The position numbers were made by a program, and so were the translations under genes. DNA of 63,621 bases, taken from Mycobacteriales bacterium (lineage in GTDB: Bacteria; Actinomycetota; Actinomycetes; Mycobacteriales; SCTD01). This document shows positions 1-8,800 of this stretch, one piece after another; positions within the stretch are counted from its first letter, which is position 1; each line of letters begins with the position of its first letter. The notes below the pieces were generated by a model. It was not told the DNA's origin. It did not search any database and was given only the letters and a program-made list of their open reading frames with translations. The DNA is taken from positions 1 through 63,621 of the forward strand of contig DATLGD010000189.1 in NCBI GenBank assembly GCA_035540755.1. The letters run 5' to 3'.

Positions 1-6
1 GTGGCA

Positions 7-88
7 TTATGCCGACGTCCGGGTTATGCCGAGGTCGAGGCGAGAGCTGCTGCGGTGCAGGGGCTTCGCTCTCGTGAGGTCGGCATAA
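7..88. repeat. RIT left terminal inverted repeat (three TTATGCCGA-type half-sites)
   Basis: Half-sites are ttatgccgacgtc (7-19) and ttatgccgaggtc (24-36), plus the inverted gaggtcggcataa (76-88). The 39-bp spacer 37-75 matches the reverse complement of 3301-3339 at 30/39 positions. Confidence 0.8.
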
Positions 89-97
89 TCCGGTGAG

Positions 98-1363
98 GTG
101 ATCGACGCTTGCCCTCTCACATCCGGGAGAGAGGAGAGCGTCGTGGTCAAGGTCCTGAGCTCGTTCGTGCGGGGGCCGCTCGAGCCGTACGTGACGGGGT
201 TCGCCGAGGAGTTGCTGCGGCTGGGCTACACGCGCACGTCGGCGTCGCAGCACCTGTGCTTCATCGCGCATCTGGACCGCTGGATGCTCGCGCAGGGCAT
301 CGAGCTGGAGGGCCTGAGCGGCCCGGTGCTGGCGCGCTACCTCGCCCAGCGGCGGGCAGCTGGCTACGTCGAGTACCGCTCGATGAAGGCGCTGCAGCCG
401 CTGCTGGCGTTCCTGGCACCGGCGGATGTGCTGCCGACCGAGCCGGAGCAGCCACCGACGCCGGTGGAGGAACTGCTGGCCCGCTACCGCAACTACCTGA
501 TCGACGAGCGAGCTCTGACCCCGGGCACGGCACGCTGCTACGTGGACTGCCTGCGGCCGTTCGTCGCGACTCGGCTGCGCAACGACGCACTCGAGCTCGC
601 CGGGATCACCGCCGCCGACGTGACCGAGTTCGTGCTGTCGGCCTGTCCGGGCCGGGCGATCGGGTCGGCGAAGCTGATCGTGTGCGCCTTGCGGTCGCTG
701 CTGCGCTGGCTGCACCTGACCGGGCAGATCCCGACGGCACTGGCACCGGCGGTTCCCTCGGTGGCGGGTCGGCGACTGTCTGGCCTGCCGAAGGCTCTGG
801 AACCTGCTGAGCTACGCCGGCTGCTCGGCGCGTGCGACCGGCGCACCGGCACCGGCCGCCGCGACTACGCGATCTTGCTGCTGCTGGCTCGGCTCGGGCT
901 CCGCGCCGGCGAGGTCGCCCGGCTCGGCCTGGACGAGATCGACTGGCGGCACGGAGAACTCACCGTCGTGGGCAAGGGCAACCGGGGTGAACGGCTACCC
1001 CTGCCGGCCGACGTCGGGACGGCGATCACCGCCTATCTGCGCCGCGGTCGCCCGCCGACCGCGCAGGGACGCAGCGTGTTCGTGCGGGTGCACGCCCCGC
1101 ACCACGTCCTGACGGCGGGCGGGGTAACGCAAGTGGTGTTCGATGCTGCCCAACGCGCCGGGCTGCCCCCGATGCACGCCCACCGGCTGCGGCACACCGC
1201 CGCCACGGCGATGCTGCGCGCCGGCAGCCCGCTGGCCGAGGTCGGGCAGGTGCTGCGGCACCGCTCGCCGCTGTCCACCGCGATCTACGCCAAGGTCGAC
1301 TGGGACGCGCTGACCGTGCTGGCCCGGCCCTGGCCGGTGCAGGCGACGGGCGGTGTGTCATGA
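98..1363 (+). CDS. Tyrosine recombinase/integrase, first gene of RIT trio
   Basis: 421-aa ORF. The C-terminal catalytic region reads HRLRHTAATAML...VLRHRSPLSTAIYAKV (R/H-x-x-R/Y pattern of phage-integrase family). GTG start is preceded by GGTGAGG. Confidence 0.9.
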   Translation: MIDACPLTSGREESVVVKVLSSFVRGPLEPYVTGFAEELLRLGYTRTSASQHLCFIAHLDRWMLAQGIELEGLSGPVLARYLAQRRAAGYVEYRSMKALQPLLAFLAPADVLPTEPEQPPTPVEELLARYRNYLIDERALTPGTARCYVDCLRPFVATRLRNDALELAGITAADVTEFVLSACPGRAIGSAKLIVCALRSLLRWLHLTGQIPTALAPAVPSVAGRRLSGLPKALEPAELRRLLGACDRRTGTGRRDYAILLLLARLGLRAGEVARLGLDEIDWRHGELTVVGKGNRGERLPLPADVGTAITAYLRRGRPPTAQGRSVFVRVHAPHHVLTAGGVTQVVFDAAQRAGLPPMHAHRLRHTAATAMLRAGSPLAEVGQVLRHRSPLSTAIYAKVDWDALTVLARPWPVQATGGVS

Positions 1364-2301
1364 CCCGCCCGCTACGGGAGGCGGTGAACGACTACCTGGC
1401 GCTGCGTCGCGCGCTGGGCTACCGGATGGCCCGCCCGGAGAAGCTGCTTGATCAGTTCCTGGACCACCTCGACAGCGTCGGCCAGTCGCGGATCACCGTC
1501 ACGACCGCGCTGAGCTGGGCGCGGCTGCCGGCCAACGCCACGCCGAGCTGGTGGGGCTACCGGCTGTCGGCAGTGCGTGGCTTCGCCATCTACCTGCACG
1601 CGATCGACCCGGCGCACGAGGTGCCAGCGGCCGACCTGCTGCCGCAGCGGTCGTTGCGCGCCAGCCCGTACGTGTACTCCGACGCCGACATCACCGCGCT
1701 GATCGCGGCCTGCACCACGCTGCGTGATCCGCTGCGACAGGCCACCTTCGCGACGCTGATCGGGCTGCTCGCGGTCACCGGCCTGCGGGTCGGGGAAGCG
1801 ATCGCCTTCAACCGCGACGACGTCGACCTGCGCGCGAGGCGGCTCACCGTGCGGCACGGCAAGTTCGACAAGGCCCGCCAGCTCGCCTTGCACCCGAGCA
1901 CGGTCCAGGCGCTGCGGGACTACCAGCGGCTGCGTGACCGGCTTGCTCCCCCGACCGGGACAAGGGCCTGGTTCGTCTCGCTGGCCGGCACCAGGCTGCT
2001 CTACTGCAACGTTCAGCACACCTTCCACCGGCTGGTGAAGCTCGCTGGGCTCACGCCCCGGTCCGCGTCGTGCCGTCCGCGCCTCCACGACCTGCGCCAC
2101 AGCTTTGCCGTTCACGCGATGCTCGACGCCTACGCCACCGGCCAGGACGGGCAGTTCCGGCTGACCCTGCTGTCGACCTGGCTGGGGCACGTCCACCCGG
2201 GCAGCACCTACTGGTACCTGTCGGCCTCGCCGGAGCTGATGGCGATCGCCGGGCAGCGGCTCGAGGCCCACCTCACCGGCCAGTCAGCAGGCCAGCCGTG
2301 A
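1360..2301 (+). CDS. Tyrosine recombinase/integrase, second gene of RIT trio
   Basis: 313-aa ORF with an ATGA overlap onto the upstream stop. Motifs LHDLRHSFAVHAML and WLGHVHPGSTYWYL are present. Confidence 0.9.
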   Translation: MTRPLREAVNDYLALRRALGYRMARPEKLLDQFLDHLDSVGQSRITVTTALSWARLPANATPSWWGYRLSAVRGFAIYLHAIDPAHEVPAADLLPQRSLRASPYVYSDADITALIAACTTLRDPLRQATFATLIGLLAVTGLRVGEAIAFNRDDVDLRARRLTVRHGKFDKARQLALHPSTVQALRDYQRLRDRLAPPTGTRAWFVSLAGTRLLYCNVQHTFHRLVKLAGLTPRSASCRPRLHDLRHSFAVHAMLDAYATGQDGQFRLTLLSTWLGHVHPGSTYWYLSASPELMAIAGQRLEAHLTGQSAGQP

Positions 2302-3287
2302 GTGCCCTGGCTCCGACGCTGCAGGCGTTCTTCACCGACCGGCTCATCGCCCAGCGCCGCGCCAGCGGGCACACCATCGCCGCCTACCGCGACACCCTGC
2401 GGCTGCTGCTGAACTACGCAGCCGTCGACACGGGCCGGGCGCCAGCGCAGCTGGACCTGGCCGACCTCGACGCTCCGCTCATCGCCGGCTTCCTGGACCA
2501 CCTGGAACGCGAGCGCGGCAACAGTGTCCGCACCCGCAACGCCCGGCTGGCGGCGATCCACTCGCTGTTCCGGTTCGCCGCGCTGGCCCATCCCGAACAC
2601 GCCGACAGCATCGCCCGGGTGCTGGCCATCCCACCCAAACGTTTCGACCGGACGCTGATCACCTACCTCAGCGAGCCTGAGGTCGACGCGCTGCTCGGCG
2701 CCTGCGACCAGCACAGCTGGACCGGCCGGCGTGATCACGCGCTGCTGCTGCTCGCCGTCCAGACCGGGCTGCGGATCTCCGAGCTCACCGGACTGACCCC
2801 CGCCGACCTGCACCTGGGCGCCGGCGCGCACGTCTCCTGCCGCGGCAAGGGCCGCAAGCAGCGGATCACCCCGCTCAGCACGTCCACCGTGGCAGTCCTG
2901 AAGGCGTGGTTGGCCGAGCAACCCGCCGCGCCCGGCGCACCGCTGTTCGCCACCCGCAGCGGCACCCCGCTGAGCCGCGACGCGGTCGAGCATCGCATCA
3001 GGCACTACGCCACCAACGCCGCAGTCCTCTGCCCGTCGCTGCAGGGCAAGACCGTCACCGCGCACGTCCTGCGGCACACCACAGCCATGCGGCTCCTGCA
3101 CGCCGGCGTCGACACCAGCGTCATCGCGCTCTGGCTCGGACACGTCAGCGTCGACACCACCCAGATCTACCTGCACGCCGACCTCGACCTCAAGGAGAAG
3201 GCGCTCGACAGAACCCGCCCACCGCACGGTCAAGCAGGCCGATACCAGCCACCCGACAGCCTGCTCAGCTGGCTCGAGAGCCTCTGA
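2298..3287 (+). CDS. Tyrosine recombinase/integrase, third gene of RIT trio
   Basis: Motifs HVLRHTTAMRLL and WLGHVSVDTTQIYLHAD are present. GTG 2298 was chosen because it forms a GTGA overlap with the upstream stop. The ORF track extends to 2070, but that stretch overlaps the second recombinase. Confidence 0.88.
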   Translation: MSALAPTLQAFFTDRLIAQRRASGHTIAAYRDTLRLLLNYAAVDTGRAPAQLDLADLDAPLIAGFLDHLERERGNSVRTRNARLAAIHSLFRFAALAHPEHADSIARVLAIPPKRFDRTLITYLSEPEVDALLGACDQHSWTGRRDHALLLLAVQTGLRISELTGLTPADLHLGAGAHVSCRGKGRKQRITPLSTSTVAVLKAWLAEQPAAPGAPLFATRSGTPLSRDAVEHRIRHYATNAAVLCPSLQGKTVTAHVLRHTTAMRLLHAGVDTSVIALWLGHVSVDTTQIYLHADLDLKEKALDRTRPPHGQAGRYQPPDSLLSWLESL

Positions 3288-3369
3288 TTATGCCGACCTC
3301 ACCAACGCCGAACCACTGCACCGCAGCAGGTCCCGCCTCGACGTCGGCATAATCCAGAGGTCGGCATAA
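3288..3369. repeat. RIT right terminal inverted repeat
   Basis: Half-sites are ttatgccgacctc (3288-3300), gacgtcggcataa (3340-3352) and gaggtcggcataa (3357-3369). This is the mirror image of 7-88 and begins immediately after the third recombinase's stop codon (3285-3287). Confidence 0.8.
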
Positions 3370-3375
3370 TGCACC

Positions 3376-3395
3376 TTATGCCGACGTCGGCATAA
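3376..3395. repeat. 20-bp perfect palindrome made of two head-to-head RIT half-sites, just outside the right IR
   Basis: The sequence ttatgccgac|gtcggcataa is read directly. It sits 6 bp beyond the right IR and 1 bp before the truncated IS256 reading frame. Confidence 0.8.
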
Positions 3396-3396
3396 C

Positions 3397-3875
3397 GTGC
3401 ACAAGATCGGCAACGTACTCAACGCGCTGCCCAAGTCGGCCCAGCCGGGCGCCAAGGCGGCGCTGGCCGAGATCTACAACGCCGAGGACCGCGAGCACGC
3501 GCTGGCCGCCGTCAAGGCCTTCGCCGCCGACTACGGCGCCAAGTGGCCCAAGGCCGTCGCGAAGATCACCGACGATGTCGACGTGCTGCTGGCGTTCTCC
3601 GACTACCCGGCCGAGCACTGGATCCATCTGCGCACCACGAACCCGATCGAGTCGACCTTCGCCACCGTCCGGCTGCGCCAGCGCGTCACCAAGGGACCAG
3701 GCTCGCGCGCCGCCGGCGTCGCGATGGCGTTCAAGCTCACGAATCCGCCCCGGGCCGCTGGCGGGCCGTCAACGCCCCGCACCTGGTCGCCCTCGTCCGA
3801 GCCGGCGCCCGCTTCGACAAGGGCAAGCTCGTTGAACGACCCGACACCTCAGAAGGTGAGGAGCAAGCCGCCTGA
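3397..3875 (+). pseudogene. IS256-family (Mutator-type) transposase remnant, 5'-truncated and frameshifted
   Basis: It begins abruptly at VHKIGNVLNALPKSAQPGAK... and continues ...HLRTTNPIESTFATVRLRQRVTKG, which is the C-terminal half of IS256-type transposases. The frame changes near 3739-3741: AFKL in one frame, then ESAPGRWRAVNAPHLVALVRAGARFDKGKL in the 3543..3875 frame. No N-terminal half is present in the window. Confidence 0.8.
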
Positions 3876-3946
3876 CACGCCGATCCACAGGTCTTGACAA
3901 TTGCTCGCGCCGCACTCGACGCATCAGGGCGAGCAACGTCACCGGC

Positions 3947-4987
3947 TTAGGCAGTGATGACCGCGTAAAGCCGCTGATCGACCGATGCCGACGATGCGAC
4001 TTCCAGGAGCACCTGCAATACGGCGCCGGGATCGTCTGCCCACTCACCTTCGGGCAGTAAAGCCGTCTGTGCATTCCAAGCTCGCAAGAGCGGCTCGGGC
4101 CGGGAAGCGTCCCGTAGCGCTTGCACGAGGTCGGGGCTTAGACCTACGAGCATCTTTTCATCTGTCTCTTGCAGCCGGGTCGCGGTGGCTTCACGGTCTA
4201 AGCCGACGGCCGCCCCCAAGGCCTCCAGACCTGAGATTGTAAGGTGTGCATCGAACGTTTGCGGGCTTCCTCGGTGCAGCGCGTGTTCCCACGCCTCTGC
4301 GTCGTTCGTCGCGGCAAGGAAGTACACCACGCCGCGCCCCATCGACTCCTCAGGTCCGGGAGTCATAGTCCGCGCCCGCGAGGCGGCAGGCCCGAAGATG
4401 CCGGCGTAGAAAAGCCAGTCCTGCCTGTCGGTTTGCGACTCATACAGGACAGCCCACGACTGTGGCCCAGACAACTTCCGCCTCAGATCGTCAGCCAGGA
4501 CGTTGCCAGCGTCCGCTCGAGCGAGCACACTAGGCCAACCTCGGTGGTCCCGGCGCACGACAATCTGAGAGCCATCCGTCGCGAATTTGTTTTCCGCCAA
4601 CTCGACCCCGTCGAGGAAGCGCACGCCGACGGCCTTCGAGAAGTCGTTCCCCGACACGTCGTACTTGCCGGACAGGGTGACCGCGAAGGTTCCCGAGATC
4701 GTGCAGTTCGTCATGCCTTGGAGGCCTACAACCCAGGGAAGCCGCATGCCCGTCAAGACACAATCGCGCAGCACACACGAGCGGAGATTGGCTCTGCCGA
4801 CTGTCCAGTCCTGGAGCCTGCAGCGGTCGAAGAGGGTGCGCCTTGTAAACCAACCGGGGACCACCCACAGCTCGCTATACCGAAGTGGGCCAACCGTTGC
4901 CCCGCCCAGGCGGCCGCCCCCCCGAATTTCAAGGTGCTCACCCGCGGTTCCAGACAGATCCGGCAAGGTCCGTATTGATTCATTCAC
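3947..4987 (-). CDS. Hypothetical 346-aa protein, GTGA-coupled downstream of the inverted orphan Rhs toxin tip (putative immunity protein)
   Basis: This is a long ORF in a lower-GC stretch. Its GTG start (4987) overlaps the toxin stop (4984-4986). I recognise no family. The N-terminal half has irregular repeats (RCRLQDWTVGRANLRSCVLRDCVLTGMRL) and the C-terminal ~130 aa is acidic. Confidence 0.6.
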   Translation of the reverse strand: MNESIRTLPDLSGTAGEHLEIRGGGRLGGATVGPLRYSELWVVPGWFTRRTLFDRCRLQDWTVGRANLRSCVLRDCVLTGMRLPWVVGLQGMTNCTISGTFAVTLSGKYDVSGNDFSKAVGVRFLDGVELAENKFATDGSQIVVRRDHRGWPSVLARADAGNVLADDLRRKLSGPQSWAVLYESQTDRQDWLFYAGIFGPAASRARTMTPGPEESMGRGVVYFLAATNDAEAWEHALHRGSPQTFDAHLTISGLEALGAAVGLDREATATRLQETDEKMLVGLSPDLVQALRDASRPEPLLRAWNAQTALLPEGEWADDPGAVLQVLLEVASSASVDQRLYAVITA

Positions 4988-5700
4988 CGCACGATGCCGC
5001 TGTAGGTCACGAGCTTGCCGCCTGGGAACTTCAACTCGACGCCAATACGACCAAAGCCACCGTATCCGCCACGTCCGAAACGAAAATCCGGGGAGAACCG
5101 TCGCGGAGCTCCCTTGGGACCAGAAGCCTTACCGTACCGAACCCCCCTTCCGAGCAGGTCCGCGGTTCGCCTATGCATCTCCAAGCCGTAGGCGAAGGAG
5201 CGCACCCGCTGCTTATCCGTTATGCGCTGGTAGCCCTCGCGCTTCAGGTCGCGAAGAGCGCGCCGAGCTGCTGCCCGGACAGCTTGCCTCGCAAGATACT
5301 GCGCCGCACGCTGTCCAAGCCACCGAGCCCCGATGTTGGCGCCCATGACGAGCAGGGGAACGAAGGTCGCCTCGCCGTCCAGGTCAAGCAGGCCGACGGG
5401 GTTGCCTGCCACGTAGTCGTAGTCGTTGGCACTGCCGCCTTCGACGGGGTCAACGGACAGGAAGCGGCCTAAGGCAGGCACGTACTGCCGGGCGCCCATT
5501 TCGATGGTCGCGATGGTCGAGGCGTGCTCGTACGGCCTCTGGTGCTGGCCGAGCCAGCCGTAGTCGAGCTGCCCGGCGCTGGTGTCCGGAACACGGTCGT
5601 CCGCGGCCGGGGTGCCGGCCCGTCCGATGGCTCCGGTGGCCACATCGATGGGCTGCCCGTACGGGTCATAAGTGGCGTTCCGCGCGGGATCAGAGTTCGC
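4984..5700 (-). CDS. Orphan Rhs C-terminal module (end of Rhs core plus alternative toxin tip), inverted relative to the main rhs gene
   Basis: The frame opens directly after TAG (5701-5703). It encodes [11 protein letters not shown]...[66 protein letters not shown], followed by a unique ~130-aa tail containing EMH...SPDFRF...GVELKF. The only internal start candidate is GTG at 5643. Confidence 0.75.
   Translation of the reverse strand, partial: ANSDPARNATYDPYGQPIDVATGAIGRAGTPAADDRVPDTSAGQLDYGWLGQHQRPYEHASTIATIEMGARQYVPALGRFLSVDPVEGGSANDYDYVAGNPVGLLDLDGEATFVPLLVMGANIGARWLGQRAAQYLARQAVRAAARRALRDLKREGYQRITDKQRVRSFAYGLEMHRRTADLLGRGVRYGKASGPKGAPRRFSPDFRFGRGGYGGFGRIGVELKFPGGKLVTYSGIVR
5413..5676 (-). 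repeat. Inverted copy of the 3' end of the Rhs core (partner: 11968-12231)
   Basis: Hand alignment of the reverse complement against 11968-12231 gives 264 bp with no indels and 39 mismatches. The longest perfect run is 33 bp (5539-5571 vs 12073-12105). Confidence 0.8.
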
Positions 5701-5875
5701 CTAGCGGTGACCCGGTCGTTGATCCCGGTACTGCGACGCCCGACTCGTCTGGACCTGTCCATGTTCGCCACTTGCGTTGTGGCGACTTTCTGCATTTGTG
5801 CCTACGTGATCACGCTACGTGTGCTTGTGTCCTGTCCGCTGCGGCTGCTCGGGGCGGTCGAGATGGGGGTTCCTG
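5701..5875 (+). promoter_or_regulatory. Intergenic leader upstream of rhs (presumed promoter region), containing a 10-bp palindrome cgtgatcacg
   Basis: This non-coding stretch is less GC-rich than its surroundings and lies between the inverted orphan and the rhs start. The palindrome is at 5805-5814. I could not pin down a convincing -35/-10 pair. Confidence 0.3.
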
Positions 5876-8800
5876 GTGCGTCGTCGTCGCCTGTCGTCGT
5901 CTGTCTGGCTGGTCGGGATGACCGGCGGCGCGGTGCTGCTCGGAGGCCTGGTCGTGCCTGCGTCGGCGGCTGAGCCCGCGCAGGCAACACCGGTTTCCGC
6001 GGCGCCTACGGGATCGCCGTTACCGTCCGGGCCTCGGCCTGCGCCGGGTTCTGATGGTGGCGTGTCGGTGCCGCCTGAGGCGGTGTGGGGTGAGTTCACG
6101 AACTTGCCGAACAACCTGCCGGTCGCGCCGCCTGTGCCGCCGCAGGCCCGTGTGCCGCAGGGTTATGAGCCGGGTAAGTCGCGCCTGGTGGCGCGTGACC
6201 TGAACTCGGACACCTACGCCAACCCGGACGGCTCGCACGCGGTCCGCATCGATGCCTCGCCGCGGAACGTCGAGGTCTCACCGGGACGGTTCGAGCCGGC
6301 GGACCTGTCGTTGGTGCAGGCTGCTGAGGCGGACGTGCCGGAGGCTGGCCGGTCCGGAGAGGCGCTCAAGCCAGGTCTGCGCCCGGTGCGGCATGCGCTG
6401 GCTCCGGTGTTCAGCGCCGACGGGACCGGGGGGTTGGTGGCACTGCGACGGGCCGAGGTCAGCGTCCGGATGGAGGCGGCAGAGGGTGGCCCTCGGAAGG
6501 CTCCGACGAAGGTGCCCGGGACGCCGGGTGTGCGATTCGAGGACGCGTCGGAGGCCTCGGACGTGCAGTACGAGATGACGGCCGGGTCGGTCAAGGAGAC
6601 GATCTTCGTTCAGGACCGGGCGGCGGCCGGGGACGGCGTGTGGTCGTTCTGGGTCGATGTGCGTAACGGCTCGCTGCGGTTGGATGCCGACGGCGGGGTG
6701 TCGGCGGTGAACGCCTCGGGTGAGACGGCGATGCGGATGCCGATCCCCTACATCGAGGACTCCTCGTCGGTGCCGGGTGTCCGCGGCCCGGCGGACGTCA
6801 ACGGCCGCTACACGATCAGCCGGGTCAGCGGTCGCTGGCTGGTGCAGGTGCATGTCGCGACCGGGTGGCTGGACGCCCCGCAGCGCGTGTATCCGGTGCT
6901 GGTCGACCCGACCTGGGTGGCTCCGGGCTACGACAAGGTCGTGGCGTACAAGAGCGACGGCACGTCCAACGCCGACGGACAGATCCGGATCGGTTCCCCG
7001 GACGGGCACAGCTGGCGCACGGTGATGCACTGGAAGTACGAGCAGTACCTGCCGGCGAAGGTGAACATCGCCAGCGCAGAGGTCGACTATCAGTACCTGG
7101 CCGGTGACACCACCTCCCGCACGGCGTACCTTGCCCGGGCCGGCTCGTGGTCGTACTCGCACTACCTGTACGGGCTGGGCTCCGGTCCGTTGGGTGCGGG
7201 GACCTTGAAGCTGACCGACTCGCGGATCACCAACGAGTTCCGGACGCTGTTCAACAACAACGAGCACAACGCCGGCTACATGGTGTCCGGCACGGAGTCA
7301 TCCACTACCTATACCTACAAGCGGATCGATGCCTCGCTGTGGCTGGGGCTGAACTACACCGCGAATTCCGCGACGCTGCACGAGCCCGCCAACGGCGCGA
7401 CCGGGCAGCGGGTGGAGCCGCTGCTGCGGGCCTCGGCGACCGACCCGGACGGCGACGATCAGATCTACTACTACTTCCGGGTGTCGGAGAACCCGAACCC
7501 GGACGTGGCGCCGGTGGTGAACCAGTTCGGCACCTACGGCGGGGGGTCGCTGCGGATTCCGCCCCGGGTGCTCAAGGGCGGCACGACCTACTACTGGAAG
7601 GTCTACACCCGGGACGCCTGCCATCTGGTGGAGAACCCGTGCGGCTACGGGCGGACCTTCCACAACGAGTCGCCGGTGCGATCGTTCACCACGAACCAGC
7701 CGCCGGATGCGCTCAGCGGGCAGAACACGACTCCGTCGGGGACGTTGGCGACGTTGACCCGACGTTGAGCGTGCCGGCGGCCACCGACCCGAACACCCCG
7801 GCCGATCAGCTGCGGTACTTCTTCAACGTCGCGACCGGCGGGGACGGCACGGCCGGCACGGTGATCTCCTCGGGTTGGCTGCCGGCCGGGGTGAGGACGT
7901 GGACGGTTCCGTCGGGGTATCTGCGGGACGGGACGGCCTACACCTGGACGGCGTGGGCCGGGGACGGCATCGATCGGGACCAGGGCTGGTGGCACAACAA
8001 GATCACGATCGACTTGCGGACCGGTGACCCGAAGAGCTCCCCGACCGACAGCGCCGGTCCGGTGACGGCGAACCTGGCCAACGGCAACGCGATCGTGCGG
8101 GCGGAGTCCCCGACGGCGCAGTTCGCCAAGAACAGCGCTGGGTTCGCCTTCACCTACAACTCCCAGGCCGCCGTCGCCCCGCGCGGGCTGACCGCGACCT
8201 ACTACGAGGACGCCGACCGCGACGCCGTGCTCGATCCGGAGGAGGCCGGACGGCAGCTGATGCAGCGGATCGAGCCGCAGATCAACGGCAACTGGCAGAT
8301 GGGCTCGCCGCACGCCGGTGTGGTTCCGGCCGACTTCTTCTTCGCCAACTGGCGCGGTCGGCTGATCGCCCCGGCCTCGGGCACCTACAACTTCGGAGTG
8401 ACCCGGGACGACAGCATCACCGTCACCGTCAACGGCCAGGAGGCCGCCAAGGCGGCGTGCTGCTCCGACCAGGTGATCTGGGGGCCGCCGATCTCGCTGA
8501 CCGCCGGGCAGTCGGTGCCGATCAGCGCTGACTACATCGAGTACCACCTGTCCGCCTACGCCCAGGTGTGGGTCAAGGGCCCCGGCGTTGCTGAGCGGCT
8601 GCTGCCGGCGGAGTGGCTCTCGCCGCAGGAGCCGTCGGCGCTGCCGGCCGGCTGGACGCTGAGCACCGACATCGACGGCACCTCGCCGTACACCAGGGCG
8701 GTCAGCAGCGACCTGTCGGTGACGTTGCACGACGACAGCGGCGCCACGCATGTGTGGACGCGCGATCCTGCCGCGCCCGGCACCTTCAAGCCGCCGTCCG

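Larger units (their letters stand above)
1..3396 (+). mobile_element. Recombinase-in-trio (RIT) element: three tyrosine recombinase genes between imperfect terminal inverted repeats
   Basis: Three consecutive same-strand integrase ORFs have ATGA (1360) and GTGA (2298) stop/start overlaps. 82-bp inverted repeats lie at 7-88 and 3288-3369 (69/82 matches by hand alignment). The window starts only 6 bp before the left repeat, so the outer left boundary is not fully visible. Confidence 0.85.

Noticed and set aside
5876-5975. Twin-arginine (Tat) signal on Rhs because of the RRRR n-region
   Set aside because: The context VRRRRLSSS does not fit the S/T-R-R-x-F-L-K consensus, and a protein of more than 2,000 aa is an unlikely Tat substrate. 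I treated it as a Sec-type signal.
7645-8751. Long antisense or alternative-frame ORFs inside rhs and other genes. Examples are 7645..8751(-), 8839..9876(-), 30266..32182(-), 45008..47554(+), 48870..50813(+), 52840..55353(-) and 55478..58231(+).
   Set aside because: These are typical high-GC shadow ORFs. Their translations are Arg/Gly/Pro/Ala-rich with no motifs, and each fully overlaps a gene with clear family signatures on the other strand or frame.
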